A DNA stretch of 64,000 nucleotides from Pyrinomonadaceae bacterium (lineage in GTDB: Bacteria > Acidobacteriota > Blastocatellia > Pyrinomonadales > Pyrinomonadaceae): assembly GCA_035545035.1 (NCBI GenBank), contig DASZZL010000159.1:13873-77872 (forward strand), given 5' to 3'. Shown here in pieces: positions 6,871 to 16,078 of this stretch (the first letter of the stretch is position 1; every line of letters begins with the position of its first letter). The notes under the pieces were generated by a model, which saw only the letters and a list, made by a program, of their open reading frames with translations, had not been told where the DNA came from and did not search any database. Position numbers and translations under genes: made by a program.

Positions 6871-9837
6871 ATGAAACTCCCGACTCGACTTGCGGATTTG
6901 TTAGCCTCAAATGCTGAACTGCTCGGCGCAGTCAATCTAACACTCCATGATTTCCTTATCTGGTTTGGCGACAGAAACATGGTGTTCTTTCCAGAGTACA
7001 CCGACCATGGACCGAAACATATTGAGGAAGTGATTGTTACGGCAGAGGCCCTAATCAAAGATGAGTCGTGGAGGCACTTGACTCCCGAAGATGCTGCAGT
7101 GTTAGTTCTCAGTGTTGTGCTTCACGATTGTGCGATGCACCTGAGTGAGGATGGATTTGTTGAGATCGTTAGTCCTGCTTCATCTCGCCAGATTGTTCCT
7201 GGCTTTAGTGAAAAGCCTTGGCCCGAGTTGTGGGCAGATTTTCTTGCTGAGGCATCCAGGTTCGATGCTCGAAAACTGAAAGCTCTCTTAGGAGACACCG
7301 AACCCATTCGACGGCCACCCTTAGACGCTCAGGAGATGACTCGTCGAGATCACTTACTAATCGGCGAATTTCTACGCCGCCATCATCCTCGGCTTGCCCA
7401 CGAGATCGCCTTGTGGGGTGTTCCGGGACCAAGTGAGGAAAAGATTAGGCTGGTTAGGGTACCTCATGGATTAGATAACCTCTCTGGACTTGTAGCGAGA
7501 AGTCACGGTCTAAACCTGCGTGAAGGCGTAAATACTCTTCCTCGAAATCATCGCCGCGAATATCTCAAGGTTCACACCCCGTTTTTAATGACAATCCTTC
7601 GCGTTGCTGATTACATACAGATTCATAGCGAGCGTGCCCCGACACAAGTTTTGAAGGTTCGATCTTTGAAGAGTCCTGTTTCTCAAGGCGAATGGAGGGC
7701 TCATGACGCTATAGAAGATATTAACTCCACACATGATGATCCTGAGGCTTTGGTAATCACCGCGCGACCAAAAGACGTAAAGGATTTCCTAAAGCTCGAA
7801 GGGCTGTTATCTGGGCTGCAGCGAGAATTAGACGATTCGTGGGCGTTTCTTGGTGAAATATATGGACTCTTACCAGGTTTAAAGGACTTAGGATTAACGA
7901 TTCGACGTGTCAGATCAAACTTGGATGACAGGCAGGAGTTTGCGAAGACAGTTTCATACTATCCAGATCGGATTCTTTTTGAGGCCGATCCGGAGATCCT
8001 TAAGCTCTTGATAGAGCCCCTATATGGCGACAACGGTGGGATAGCGATCAGGGAGTTGGTGCAGAATGCGGTGGATGCTTGTTTAGAACTTCGTGATTAT
8101 TTAAGGAGCACATCGCCTCAGGGCACGCACGACGTTAATTCCTACAAAGCAGAGGTGACTGTCCATCTTGATGGAGGGAAGGACGAAGGATGGCTTACCG
8201 TGCGTGACAACGGCACCGGTATGACTTCTGATGTGGTCAAAAACTACTTTTTGAAGGCTGGCGCTTCCTTCCGTCGCAGCGACGCTTGGAAGAGGCAACA
8301 CGAGACAGTTGATGGAAAACCACGCGTCCTTCGTTCTGGAAGGTTTGGAATCGGAATCTTGGCCGCGTTCTTGTTAGGTGACCAAGTAGAAGTAACAACT
8401 CGGCATGTTTCAAATCCGCCCGATCATGGTATTCAGTTCTCGGCCTCAATTGATGAAGAAGCGATAGAACTTCAAAGAGTTAATCTTCCTCACGTTGGAA
8501 CCACTGTTCGAGTTCGCTTGCCCAAGGGGACGGTGGCTAAATTCAAGCGAAAGCATTCGTCGCCTTGGGAAGACAAATGGGATTGGGATTGGTACTTTTT
8601 GGAGGATCCAGCCGTCAAGCGGACGCTTACACCGGAGCATCAGTCGAACGACGTCATGAGCGCTGAAGTGCTAGAACATGAACATTTCATTCCGAGTCCT
8701 CACACCAAACTGCCAACTGGTTGGCATCGCATTAGTCATGAAGACTTTGACGATATTCACTGGCACTTCCCCGAGAAGCGCTACAATCGAAGGGAAGCGG
8801 TGTTCTTCTGCAACGGAATTAAGATCGCTGGAGAATACGAGCGTGGACCCGACATCAAGAGAAAACTGAATTGGCAACTGTCCATACAACAACCCGTTCT
8901 TTCCATATTTGATGGCGCTGGAAAATTGCCGTTGAATCTTGCCCGTTTCGACTTAACAAGAGAGCTGGCTTTCGAACGTGAGCTATTGGAGGATATTTAC
9001 CGCGACTTGATCTCATACTTAATTGTGCGTACTCCGACAAGACCACTCTATGATCCTAAGACAGCTCAGCTCCACGGAAGTATTTCCTATCCCGGAAATT
9101 ATGGACACAACTGGTTTTGGAGTACACCGGGAGGGTTATCGCTCGCACACAAGTGGTTCCTCCGCCGCCTATCTCCGCCTAACTTGTACCTAGTGCCCGA
9201 ATTGATGGCATTGCAATTTCACCTTCCTAAACGTCATGCTTATATCGCATCCTTTGACCGTACCAGCTCTGGATTTGGTTACTACGACCCTTGGGTGCGA
9301 TTTGCGCTGACCGGGACGGGATTCCAAAGTCATTGGTTAGCAGGTCTCAAAGCAAAAGGTCGGCGCCTCTTAGTTAGCGCCGACTATGAAGATCGTATTA
9401 AGAAAAAAAAAGTTATCCCCAAAACGTTCTTCGCGACAATGATCGAAGAATGGAGAGACGACAATTGGGTGCTTCTAAGCACGAAGAATTGTCCACCTCC
9501 TAACGTTTCTTTTCAACGGTTGGCAGGTCAAGCGAAACCAGACGTCTTCACGATGTTGGCAGAGTGGTATTTAGAACCGAGCGAGAAGAATGTCGTTGAT
9601 GGTGATAACGACGTTGGCGATCTTGAATACGAAGACCGCGAGGATTTTTACTTGCCGGGGGGTAAGGTTGAGAGCAGAGACTCGGTCTTTGTGCCGGTCT
9701 GGAGGAACATCATTGGCGAATCCGCCATCATTCCATTCGACATCAAGAAGCGCAATACATCTCTGGCAGAAGCTATCCGTAAACTAGAGCCTTACATAAC
9801 ATTTCATCGGACTATCTCACAAAAATCAACGCGTTAG
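6871..9837 (+). CDS. HD-domain phosphohydrolase fused to Hsp90/sacsin-type GHKL ATPase, with a long unassigned C-terminal region
   Basis: HD signature: DHGPKHIEEV, VVLHDCAMHL, RRHHPRLAHE, RVADYIQIH. GHKL N-box ELVQNAVDA, G1 VRDNGTGMT, G2 SGRFGIGILAAF. A/T-ending codon bias unlike neighbouring genes. Confidence 0.8.
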   Translation: MKLPTRLADLLASNAELLGAVNLTLHDFLIWFGDRNMVFFPEYTDHGPKHIEEVIVTAEALIKDESWRHLTPEDAAVLVLSVVLHDCAMHLSEDGFVEIVSPASSRQIVPGFSEKPWPELWADFLAEASRFDARKLKALLGDTEPIRRPPLDAQEMTRRDHLLIGEFLRRHHPRLAHEIALWGVPGPSEEKIRLVRVPHGLDNLSGLVARSHGLNLREGVNTLPRNHRREYLKVHTPFLMTILRVADYIQIHSERAPTQVLKVRSLKSPVSQGEWRAHDAIEDINSTHDDPEALVITARPKDVKDFLKLEGLLSGLQRELDDSWAFLGEIYGLLPGLKDLGLTIRRVRSNLDDRQEFAKTVSYYPDRILFEADPEILKLLIEPLYGDNGGIAIRELVQNAVDACLELRDYLRSTSPQGTHDVNSYKAEVTVHLDGGKDEGWLTVRDNGTGMTSDVVKNYFLKAGASFRRSDAWKRQHETVDGKPRVLRSGRFGIGILAAFLLGDQVEVTTRHVSNPPDHGIQFSASIDEEAIELQRVNLPHVGTTVRVRLPKGTVAKFKRKHSSPWEDKWDWDWYFLEDPAVKRTLTPEHQSNDVMSAEVLEHEHFIPSPHTKLPTGWHRISHEDFDDIHWHFPEKRYNRREAVFFCNGIKIAGEYERGPDIKRKLNWQLSIQQPVLSIFDGAGKLPLNLARFDLTRELAFERELLEDIYRDLISYLIVRTPTRPLYDPKTAQLHGSISYPGNYGHNWFWSTPGGLSLAHKWFLRRLSPPNLYLVPELMALQFHLPKRHAYIASFDRTSSGFGYYDPWVRFALTGTGFQSHWLAGLKAKGRRLLVSADYEDRIKKKKVIPKTFFATMIEEWRDDNWVLLSTKNCPPPNVSFQRLAGQAKPDVFTMLAEWYLEPSEKNVVDGDNDVGDLEYEDREDFYLPGGKVESRDSVFVPVWRNIIGESAIIPFDIKKRNTSLAEAIRKLEPYITFHRTISQKSTR

Positions 9838-10058
9838 GCAAGACATTTCGCCTTCTCGCCGCTCATCACGATGACTTGGGCTCCAACCTCTCGTCGGGCA
9901 TGGCGACGTTGTAGTTGAGTGAGGTTGTGATGATCGAAGACCTGTTTCAGATCTTCCTCCTGCACGTGATCGTAGAGATCCATGTTTGTGTGCGCGGTGC
10001 GGGTGCCATACTCGATTTCATCGCGGATGAACATGAATCTGGGCGGCTTTCCATTCAA
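9834..10058 (-). CDS. Hypothetical small protein (no family recognised)
   Basis: Track ORF with TTG start at 10058 or ATG at 10034; convergent with and overlapping the stop of 6871..9837. No motif recognised. Confidence 0.3.
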   Translation of the reverse strand: MNGKPPRFMFIRDEIEYGTRTAHTNMDLYDHVQEEDLKQVFDHHNLTQLQRRHARREVGAQVIVMSGEKAKCLA

Positions 10059-10105
10059 CCGTCAATTCAGGCGCGGTCAAAAGGACGTTGATCTTTTCAG
10101 CGGTA

Positions 10106-10318
10106 TTAAAGCCTCTTCTCCTTGCGGGACGCCGTGATCTCCCGATCAATTTCGCGCATCGTCATCTTATCGGCGCCGGGGCGGGAAACGAGCTTAGCGG
10201 TTGCTTTCTTCTGCACTTCGAGAGCACGCGCGTAGATTTGCGCGAAATCGTCCTCGCACTCCTTCTCAATCTCCAGCCGCGCTCGCCGCACTTCGGCAAC
10301 TATCGGGTCTGTCCACAT
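10106..10318 (-). CDS. Small charged helical protein immediately downstream of the PIN pseudogene (possible toxin-antitoxin partner)
   Basis: ATG at 10318 (MWTDPIVAEVRRARLEIEKE..) sits 2 nt after the TGA (10321-10323) of the PIN ORF. 70 aa. Confidence 0.5.
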   Translation of the reverse strand: MWTDPIVAEVRRARLEIEKECEDDFAQIYARALEVQKKATAKLVSRPGADKMTMREIDREITASRKEKRL

Positions 10319-10320
10319 CT

Positions 10321-10793
10321 TCACACCTCCATCAACTCTTCCGGAGTACACACAATCGGCGTGTAAACACCCAGACGAGCGTTTGTATCTTGTAACATCT
10401 TCTGCACCCGTCCGCTGGCAATATGCTTGCAGTTCCACGAGAGCACGTAATCCATTCTGTGCCAAGCCGCAACCGCCAGGTGAAACGCATCAATCTTGGC
10501 CTTCTCCGGTATCTTCAGCGCGGCAAAATACTCGCGGGCCAAAGCTTCAACTTCTTCATTCACCTCCAAGACGGAGAAGTCTGCAATCGCTTCAAGACGA
10601 CAAGCGAAGCGTACTCGTCGTTTCCGCGTGTCGCCTCGTCTATGACAAACGGTGAGACAAAGCACTCGACTTCTGGGCGCACGCTCGCCCACCATTCAGA
10701 TGTAATCTGCTGATGTGCCGCAACGATCAGGTCCCTGCTCGGCTTCGCGGTCAAGTAGCTGATAATCGTTGTCTCAATGTAAACCGATGCCAC
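10321..10793 (-). pseudogene. VapC-like PIN-domain toxin, split by a frameshift near 10600-10640
   Basis: ORF 10560..10793 (MASVYIETTIISYL..FVSPFVIDEATRG) and ORF 10321..10695 (..RRGDTRKRR..VLEVNEEVEALAREY..DAFHLAVAAWHRMDYVLSWNCKHIA) are the N- and C-halves of one PIN protein in different frames. Confidence 0.7.
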
Positions 10794-11078
10794 AAGGCGC
10801 AGTATAGCAAATGGCGTAATCTTTAACTTGTCCTTTGCATCCCCTGTTGTTCATAATCGCCGCGCCCGGTCAAGTCGGACGTCATTCCGAGCAGTTTGGC
10901 CCGCGTGACCAGCGGGTCGGTTCGCGGTTCTGTAACGAAATATGGACTACGACGCAACTGACATAGCCTCTGCCTATGACCGTGGTCGCGATCATGGGCC
11001 GGAGTTTCTCGATCTTTGGATGAACGTTCTCTCGGCACACGTGAAAGATCAGCGCACAAAGCGATCCTGGACCGGTTA

Positions 11079-11199
11079 GCCACAGAGACACGGAGACACG
11101 GAGACACAGAGAAAGATGAAATCACCGAGAGGACAAGTCTATTGGCATTTCTGATCAATGCTGATCTGCCTTTTCTCGGTGACTCTGTGCCTCTGTGGC
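11079..11199. repeat. MITE-like element with CCACAGAGACAC..GTGCCTCTGTGG termini (family D, copy 1)
   Basis: GCCACAGAGACACGGAGACACGGAGACACAGAGAAAG ... GACTCTGTGCCTCTGTGGC. Copies at 45450-45551 and 59318-59398. Confidence 0.8.
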
Positions 11200-11293
11200 C
11201 GATTTCGCCTTCCTCAAGCCAATTGGCGTTTTCGTTTTTCGGAGCCCGCGAATGCAGGCGACATGATAAACGCTGGCTGGTGGAGGCCTTACC

Positions 11294-11914
11294 GTGAAAG
11301 CAAAAGCGAAGCTCACTAAGTCGATGACCATAACTCAGTTTGAAAATGGCTATTGGTATGCCACGGAACTGAAGAGATTTGCTGAGGCGATCGGAATTCC
11401 GTCGGCAAATAGACTGCGAAAAGACGAACTTGAAAAAGCGATCATTTCTTTTCTCGGGACCGGAACGATCCAAAGCCCAATCCGGAGCAGCCTCTCAAAA
11501 ACAGGAATCAGAGATGTCGAAAAAAGGCTGACCCTCAAACTTCCCGTGGTCAACTACACGAACGACAAGAAGACGAAAGATTTTCTCGAAAAAGAAGCTC
11601 GGAAAATCGCGCCCAACCTAAAAAGAAAATCGGGCGCACGCTATCGGCTGAATCGTTGGCGAGAAGAGCAGCTCACAAACGGCATCAAGATAACCTACAA
11701 GGATTTGGTAAACCAGTATGTTAAGTTGAATCAAACCAGAGAGCGCTTCGCCCAAATCCCACACGGGAGATATATCAATTTTATTAGCGATTTTTTCGCG
11801 GCAGAGAAAAATGCCACCAGAGAGCAGGCGATAAAAGCGTGGGAAAAGATCAAGAAAATGGATGTACCGAAAAACTATCGTTCGTGGGTTCAGCTACGGT
11901 CAAAACCAAATTGA
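11294..11914 (+). CDS. Hypothetical protein with SAP-like N-terminal motif
   Basis: GTG 11294 or ATG 11324 (MTITQFENGYWYATELKRFAEAIGIPSANRLRKDELEKAIISFL). AT-rich, Lys-rich. No enzymatic motif. Confidence 0.55.
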   Translation: MKAKAKLTKSMTITQFENGYWYATELKRFAEAIGIPSANRLRKDELEKAIISFLGTGTIQSPIRSSLSKTGIRDVEKRLTLKLPVVNYTNDKKTKDFLEKEARKIAPNLKRKSGARYRLNRWREEQLTNGIKITYKDLVNQYVKLNQTRERFAQIPHGRYINFISDFFAAEKNATREQAIKAWEKIKKMDVPKNYRSWVQLRSKPN

Positions 11915-12036
11915 AGGCCTGTGGGCTAGTGTTATGCCGTCGGCTACACCGACTGCTTATCGCTGACTTTTTAGGTCATCAAATCAGCCGCGAGTGCTAC
12001 AATTCAGCGAGCGGAATAATAACTAAAGCGATTTTT

Positions 12037-14766
12037 ATGGGGAGCCTATCCATGCCCGAGCTTCTGAGAATGATCGTGCGCACATCGGCAGCGTTTTCAA
12101 TCGCTGCGATCCTTGGTTTGTTGTTGTTCGGGCCGGTTACTACGGCGCAGCAGTACGACACCAATCTCTATTCCGGTTTGCATTGGCGGATGATTGGTCC
12201 GTTTCGCGCCGGGCGCGTGAACGCGGTCAGCGGCGTCATCGGACAACCAGAGACCTTCTATTTTGGCTCGGTCGGTGGTGGCGTTTGGAAGTCAACCAAC
12301 GCGGGTCGCACGTGGAAGCCGGTGTTTGATTCGCAATCCGCTGCATCGATTGGCGCGATCGGCGTCGCGCCGTCGGACGGAAGCGTCGTCTATGTCGGCA
12401 CCGGCGAGGCGGACATGCGCGATTCAATCCAGTTCGGTGACGGCATGTACAAATCCACCGACGCCGGCAAATCCTGGAAGCACATCGGACTTGAGAACAC
12501 GCGACAGATTGGTCGCGTGATTGTCGATCCGAAAAACCCGAACATCGTGTTTGTCGCGGCGCTGGGCCACGCTTACGGCCCGAGCCCCGACCGCGGTGTC
12601 TATCGCTCGCGCGATGGCGGCGCGACCTGGCAAAAAGTCCTGTTCAAGAACGACGACGTCGGCGCAATCGATCTCAATTTCGATCCCACCAATTCGCAGA
12701 TCGTTTACGCGACGATGTGGAATGTTCGTCGTCCTCCGTGGTTCATCTACGCTCCGGCGAACGGGCCGGGCGGCGGCATTTTCAAATCAAGTGACGGCGG
12801 CACGACATGGAAAGAAATCTCAGAAGGGATCCCGACAGAGAATCGCGGCCGCATCGGAGTCGCGGTCGCGCCGACGAATCGCAATCGTGTCTATGCCATG
12901 GTCGATGCAAAAGAAGGCGGGCTTTTCGTTTCGAATGATGCCGGCACGACTTGGACAAGGAACTCAAACGACAAGCGCGTTTGGGATCGCGGCTGGTACT
13001 TCTCCAAAGTCACCGCTGATCCGAAGAACGCGGACATAGTCTTTGCGTCGAACACTTCCGTTTATCGATCAACTGATGCGGGGAAAACGTGGACGGCGAT
13101 CAAAGGTGCGCCCGGCGGTGATGATTATCATCAGCTCTGGATCTATCCAGACGATCCGAAGCGCATGGTGCTCGGTAGCGATCAGGGCGCGATCGTAACC
13201 GTTGACGGCGCCGAGACGTGGAGTTCCTGGTACAACCAATCGACGGCGCAGATTTATCACGTCGCCGCCGACAGACGCATTCCTTACTGGGTGACCGGCG
13301 CGCAGCAGGACAGCGGCGCGGTCGGCACGCCTTCGCGCAGCCGGCACTCAGAGATTTCAAATCGCGACTGGGAAGGCTTGTGTTCCGGTGGCGAGTCAGG
13401 TTACACCGCGCCCGATCCCCTGCACCCGGAAATTCTTTTTGGCGGCACCGTCTCGCGCTGCAACGTCATCACCGGCGAAACAAAAAACGTTTCGCCTGAG
13501 CGCGGCGGAGGTCAGATAGTTTATCGACACGACTGGACGCAGCCGCTGGTGTTCTCACAAGCCGATCCGCACGCGCTCTACTACGCAAATCAGTTTCTCT
13601 ACAAGACGACAAACGGCGGCGAGAGTTGGACCCAAATTGGCCAGGACCTAACGCGCGAAGATCCGGGTGTGCCTCCGAACTTGAACGAAGCCGCCGCGGC
13701 TGACGCGCCGAAAGAGAAACGGCGCGGCGTGATTTACACGATTGCGCCTTCGCCCCTGCGCGCGTCGATGATTTGGATCGGCACGGACGACGGCCTGATC
13801 CAGGGAACGAATGACGATGGCAAGACCTGGAAGAACGTGACGCCGCCCGCGCTGACTTCGTGGAGCAAGGTCGTGATGATCGAAGCGTCGCATTTTGATG
13901 TCGACGAAGCTTACGCGGCAGTTGAGCGGCATCAACTCGAAGACTACGAACCGCACATCTATCGCACGCGCGACGCGGGCAAGACGTGGACTGAGATCAC
14001 GAATGGATTGCCGCCTGGCGTTTACGTGCAAACGGTGAAAGAAGATCCGTCGCGGCGCGGGCTTTTGTTCGCCGGCACCGAGCGCGCGGTCTTCGTTTCG
14101 TTTGACGACGGCGATCACTGGCAGTCTTTGCAACTCAATCTGCCGCCGGCATCGATGCGCGATCTCGCGATTCACGAAGACGATCTGATTGTCGCCACTC
14201 ACGGGCGCGGCTTCTGGGTGCTCGACGACATCTCCGCGCTGCGACAAATCAATGATGACGTTTCGAAGGCCGATGCCTTTCTGTTTCGGCCCGCAGAGGC
14301 CCTCAACATTACACCCGGCAGTGACAACGGCACGCCCATGCCGCGCGACGAACCGCTCGCCGAAAATCCTCCTTACGGCGCGCTGATTGATTACTATTTG
14401 AAATCGAACGCTAACGGTCCTGTAACTCTTGAGATTCTCGATCCATCGGGCGATGTGATTCGTCGTTATTCCAATGATGACAAGAACCCACCCGTCAATC
14501 CAGACACGCTCAACATTCCCGCGTTCTGGGTGCGCACGCCTGAACCGCTCTCGGCCGCGGCGGGTATGCATCGATGGATTTGGGATCTTCGTCCAACGCC
14601 GCCTCAGCGACCCGCCGGAGGGGGAGGCGGCGGTGGTGGCGGTGGCGGTTTTGGTGGTCGCGGTGCGTCCGCCGTGCTGCCCGGGGCGTATACGGTAAAG
14701 CTGACCGTCGGGGGCAAGAGCTACACGCAACCGCTCGTCGTGAAGATGGATCCGCGGGCAAAGTAA
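12037..14766 (+). CDS. BNR/Asp-box repeat double beta-propeller exported protein, paralog of 1..2631
   Basis: ATG 12037 (or 12052) precedes signal-like MPELLRMIVRTSAAFSIAAILGLLLFGPVTTAQQ. Asp-boxes: STNAGRTWK, STDAGKSWK, SRDGGATWQ, SSDGGTTWK, SNDAGTTWT, STDAGKTWT, TTNGGESWT, TNDDGKTWK, TRDAGKTWT. Gly run GGGGGGGGGGFGGRG near the C-terminus. Confidence 0.9.
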   Translation: MGSLSMPELLRMIVRTSAAFSIAAILGLLLFGPVTTAQQYDTNLYSGLHWRMIGPFRAGRVNAVSGVIGQPETFYFGSVGGGVWKSTNAGRTWKPVFDSQSAASIGAIGVAPSDGSVVYVGTGEADMRDSIQFGDGMYKSTDAGKSWKHIGLENTRQIGRVIVDPKNPNIVFVAALGHAYGPSPDRGVYRSRDGGATWQKVLFKNDDVGAIDLNFDPTNSQIVYATMWNVRRPPWFIYAPANGPGGGIFKSSDGGTTWKEISEGIPTENRGRIGVAVAPTNRNRVYAMVDAKEGGLFVSNDAGTTWTRNSNDKRVWDRGWYFSKVTADPKNADIVFASNTSVYRSTDAGKTWTAIKGAPGGDDYHQLWIYPDDPKRMVLGSDQGAIVTVDGAETWSSWYNQSTAQIYHVAADRRIPYWVTGAQQDSGAVGTPSRSRHSEISNRDWEGLCSGGESGYTAPDPLHPEILFGGTVSRCNVITGETKNVSPERGGGQIVYRHDWTQPLVFSQADPHALYYANQFLYKTTNGGESWTQIGQDLTREDPGVPPNLNEAAAADAPKEKRRGVIYTIAPSPLRASMIWIGTDDGLIQGTNDDGKTWKNVTPPALTSWSKVVMIEASHFDVDEAYAAVERHQLEDYEPHIYRTRDAGKTWTEITNGLPPGVYVQTVKEDPSRRGLLFAGTERAVFVSFDDGDHWQSLQLNLPPASMRDLAIHEDDLIVATHGRGFWVLDDISALRQINDDVSKADAFLFRPAEALNITPGSDNGTPMPRDEPLAENPPYGALIDYYLKSNANGPVTLEILDPSGDVIRRYSNDDKNPPVNPDTLNIPAFWVRTPEPLSAAAGMHRWIWDLRPTPPQRPAGGGGGGGGGGGFGGRGASAVLPGAYTVKLTVGGKSYTQPLVVKMDPRAK

Positions 14767-14788
14767 TCAACCGTTAGATGCGACGCCG

Positions 14789-16078
14789 ATGAACTATCCT
14801 GGGTTTCGTGTGTTATTCGCAGGCCAGCGAGGATTCCGAGCCAGCGTGCTGCTATTCTCGTTCTGGCTGGCGGCATCCAGTCTGTCGGCTGCGCCTTGTA
14901 GTCGAACAAACTCCCAGCAGGACGCATGGGTCCTTGCGAGAATCAATGCTCTGGTTCGCGCGGCGCGCGCGGCATATGAAAATGACAAAGCGCAGCGGGC
15001 CTACGAAAGAGTGCTTGATGACATTGCCGCCACGATGCGGCAATGCCGAATGGCTGAGGACAACGCGTTCGTTACCCGTTACCCTGAGTTCGTCGAATAT
15101 GTGAAGACACTTTCGCTCGCTCGGCTGAGCGATCACGAACTCGGCTTTATCGTTCCGGACAAAGTGTATTTCGCCGAAACGCGCGAATATGTTGCGATTC
15201 CGGATTTCCTGCTTACACCACGATTCCTGCGGGCCGTTAGTCGTTTCGAAACTTTGCCGCAGGCCAAGGCTTTGCTGCGTGAAATGAACGCCGGCAGAGC
15301 CGCACACGATCAGCTTCTTTTTTTCAGCTACGAATCGCGACATCTGGGAACGCCGGATAACCCCGACAGCTTTCGCCGCCTGCTGATTGTCGTGCCGGGA
15401 AATGCGGCGCAGCACGTGCCGGAAAAGTGGGTGCAGTTCGGCGTACCTGATCCGCGCGCGCGCGCAACTGTGCGCAACGTTTCGGTAGTCGCGGCGGTTC
15501 CCGGTCCGGACCAAACCACAAACGTCTACTTCAAAGACTACTACCGCACCTATCGTCGAGACGGTTCGATAGCCATCAACGGTCGTTGGGAACTTGGCTA
15601 CGGCGACGATAACTGTGCGCAGTGCCATAAAAGCGGTATTCTTCCGATCTTTCCCGTCAGTGGCAGCGTTAGTCGTGATGATAAGCCAGTGCTGGAAGCG
15701 GTCAACGAACGTTTTCTGAAATACGTTACGGCCCGTTTTGGAAAATATCTGGACGCCAGTAAGTTTGGGCCGGGACTCGGCTCAATCAGCGTGGGCGGGA
15801 CTCGCCATCATCTTGGATCACGATTTGACGAGACGGGTTTGGCAGAAGGAGCGTCGTGCGCGGCGTGTCATCATCCTGACAGGCTTGGTTCGTTAAGTTG
15901 GCCGATGGATCGAGTCCTGATCAGCTCTTTCGTCAAGGGCGGCCAGATGCCGCTGGGTTCCAGGCTTCAAAACGCTGCGCGCGCGGAATTATACCGAAAA
16001 CTAATTCAAGAGTATTTCGCCGTTGACGACGCGAATCCCGGCATTCTTAAGGCATGGCTCTTAAGCAAAAGGCGCTAG
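14789..16078 (+). CDS. Secreted hypothetical protein with two CXXCH haem-c motifs
   Basis: Signal-like N-terminus ..VLLFSFWLAASSLSAAPC. Motifs CAQCH and CAACH in the C-terminal third. No family recognised. Confidence 0.6.
   Translation: MNYPGFRVLFAGQRGFRASVLLFSFWLAASSLSAAPCSRTNSQQDAWVLARINALVRAARAAYENDKAQRAYERVLDDIAATMRQCRMAEDNAFVTRYPEFVEYVKTLSLARLSDHELGFIVPDKVYFAETREYVAIPDFLLTPRFLRAVSRFETLPQAKALLREMNAGRAAHDQLLFFSYESRHLGTPDNPDSFRRLLIVVPGNAAQHVPEKWVQFGVPDPRARATVRNVSVVAAVPGPDQTTNVYFKDYYRTYRRDGSIAINGRWELGYGDDNCAQCHKSGILPIFPVSGSVSRDDKPVLEAVNERFLKYVTARFGKYLDASKFGPGLGSISVGGTRHHLGSRFDETGLAEGASCAACHHPDRLGSLSWPMDRVLISSFVKGGQMPLGSRLQNAARAELYRKLIQEYFAVDDANPGILKAWLLSKRR

Noticed and set aside
6533-6910. 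125-aa minus-strand ORF upstream of the HD-GHKL gene
   Set aside because: It overlaps the HD-GHKL start, and has no RBS or motif. The region is more likely a promoter or leader.
13648-14730. 360-aa minus-strand ORF
   Set aside because: It lies antisense to the BNR-propeller gene, which has unmistakable repeated Asp-box motifs. The Arg/Pro/Gly-rich composition is typical of shadow ORFs in GC-rich coding DNA.
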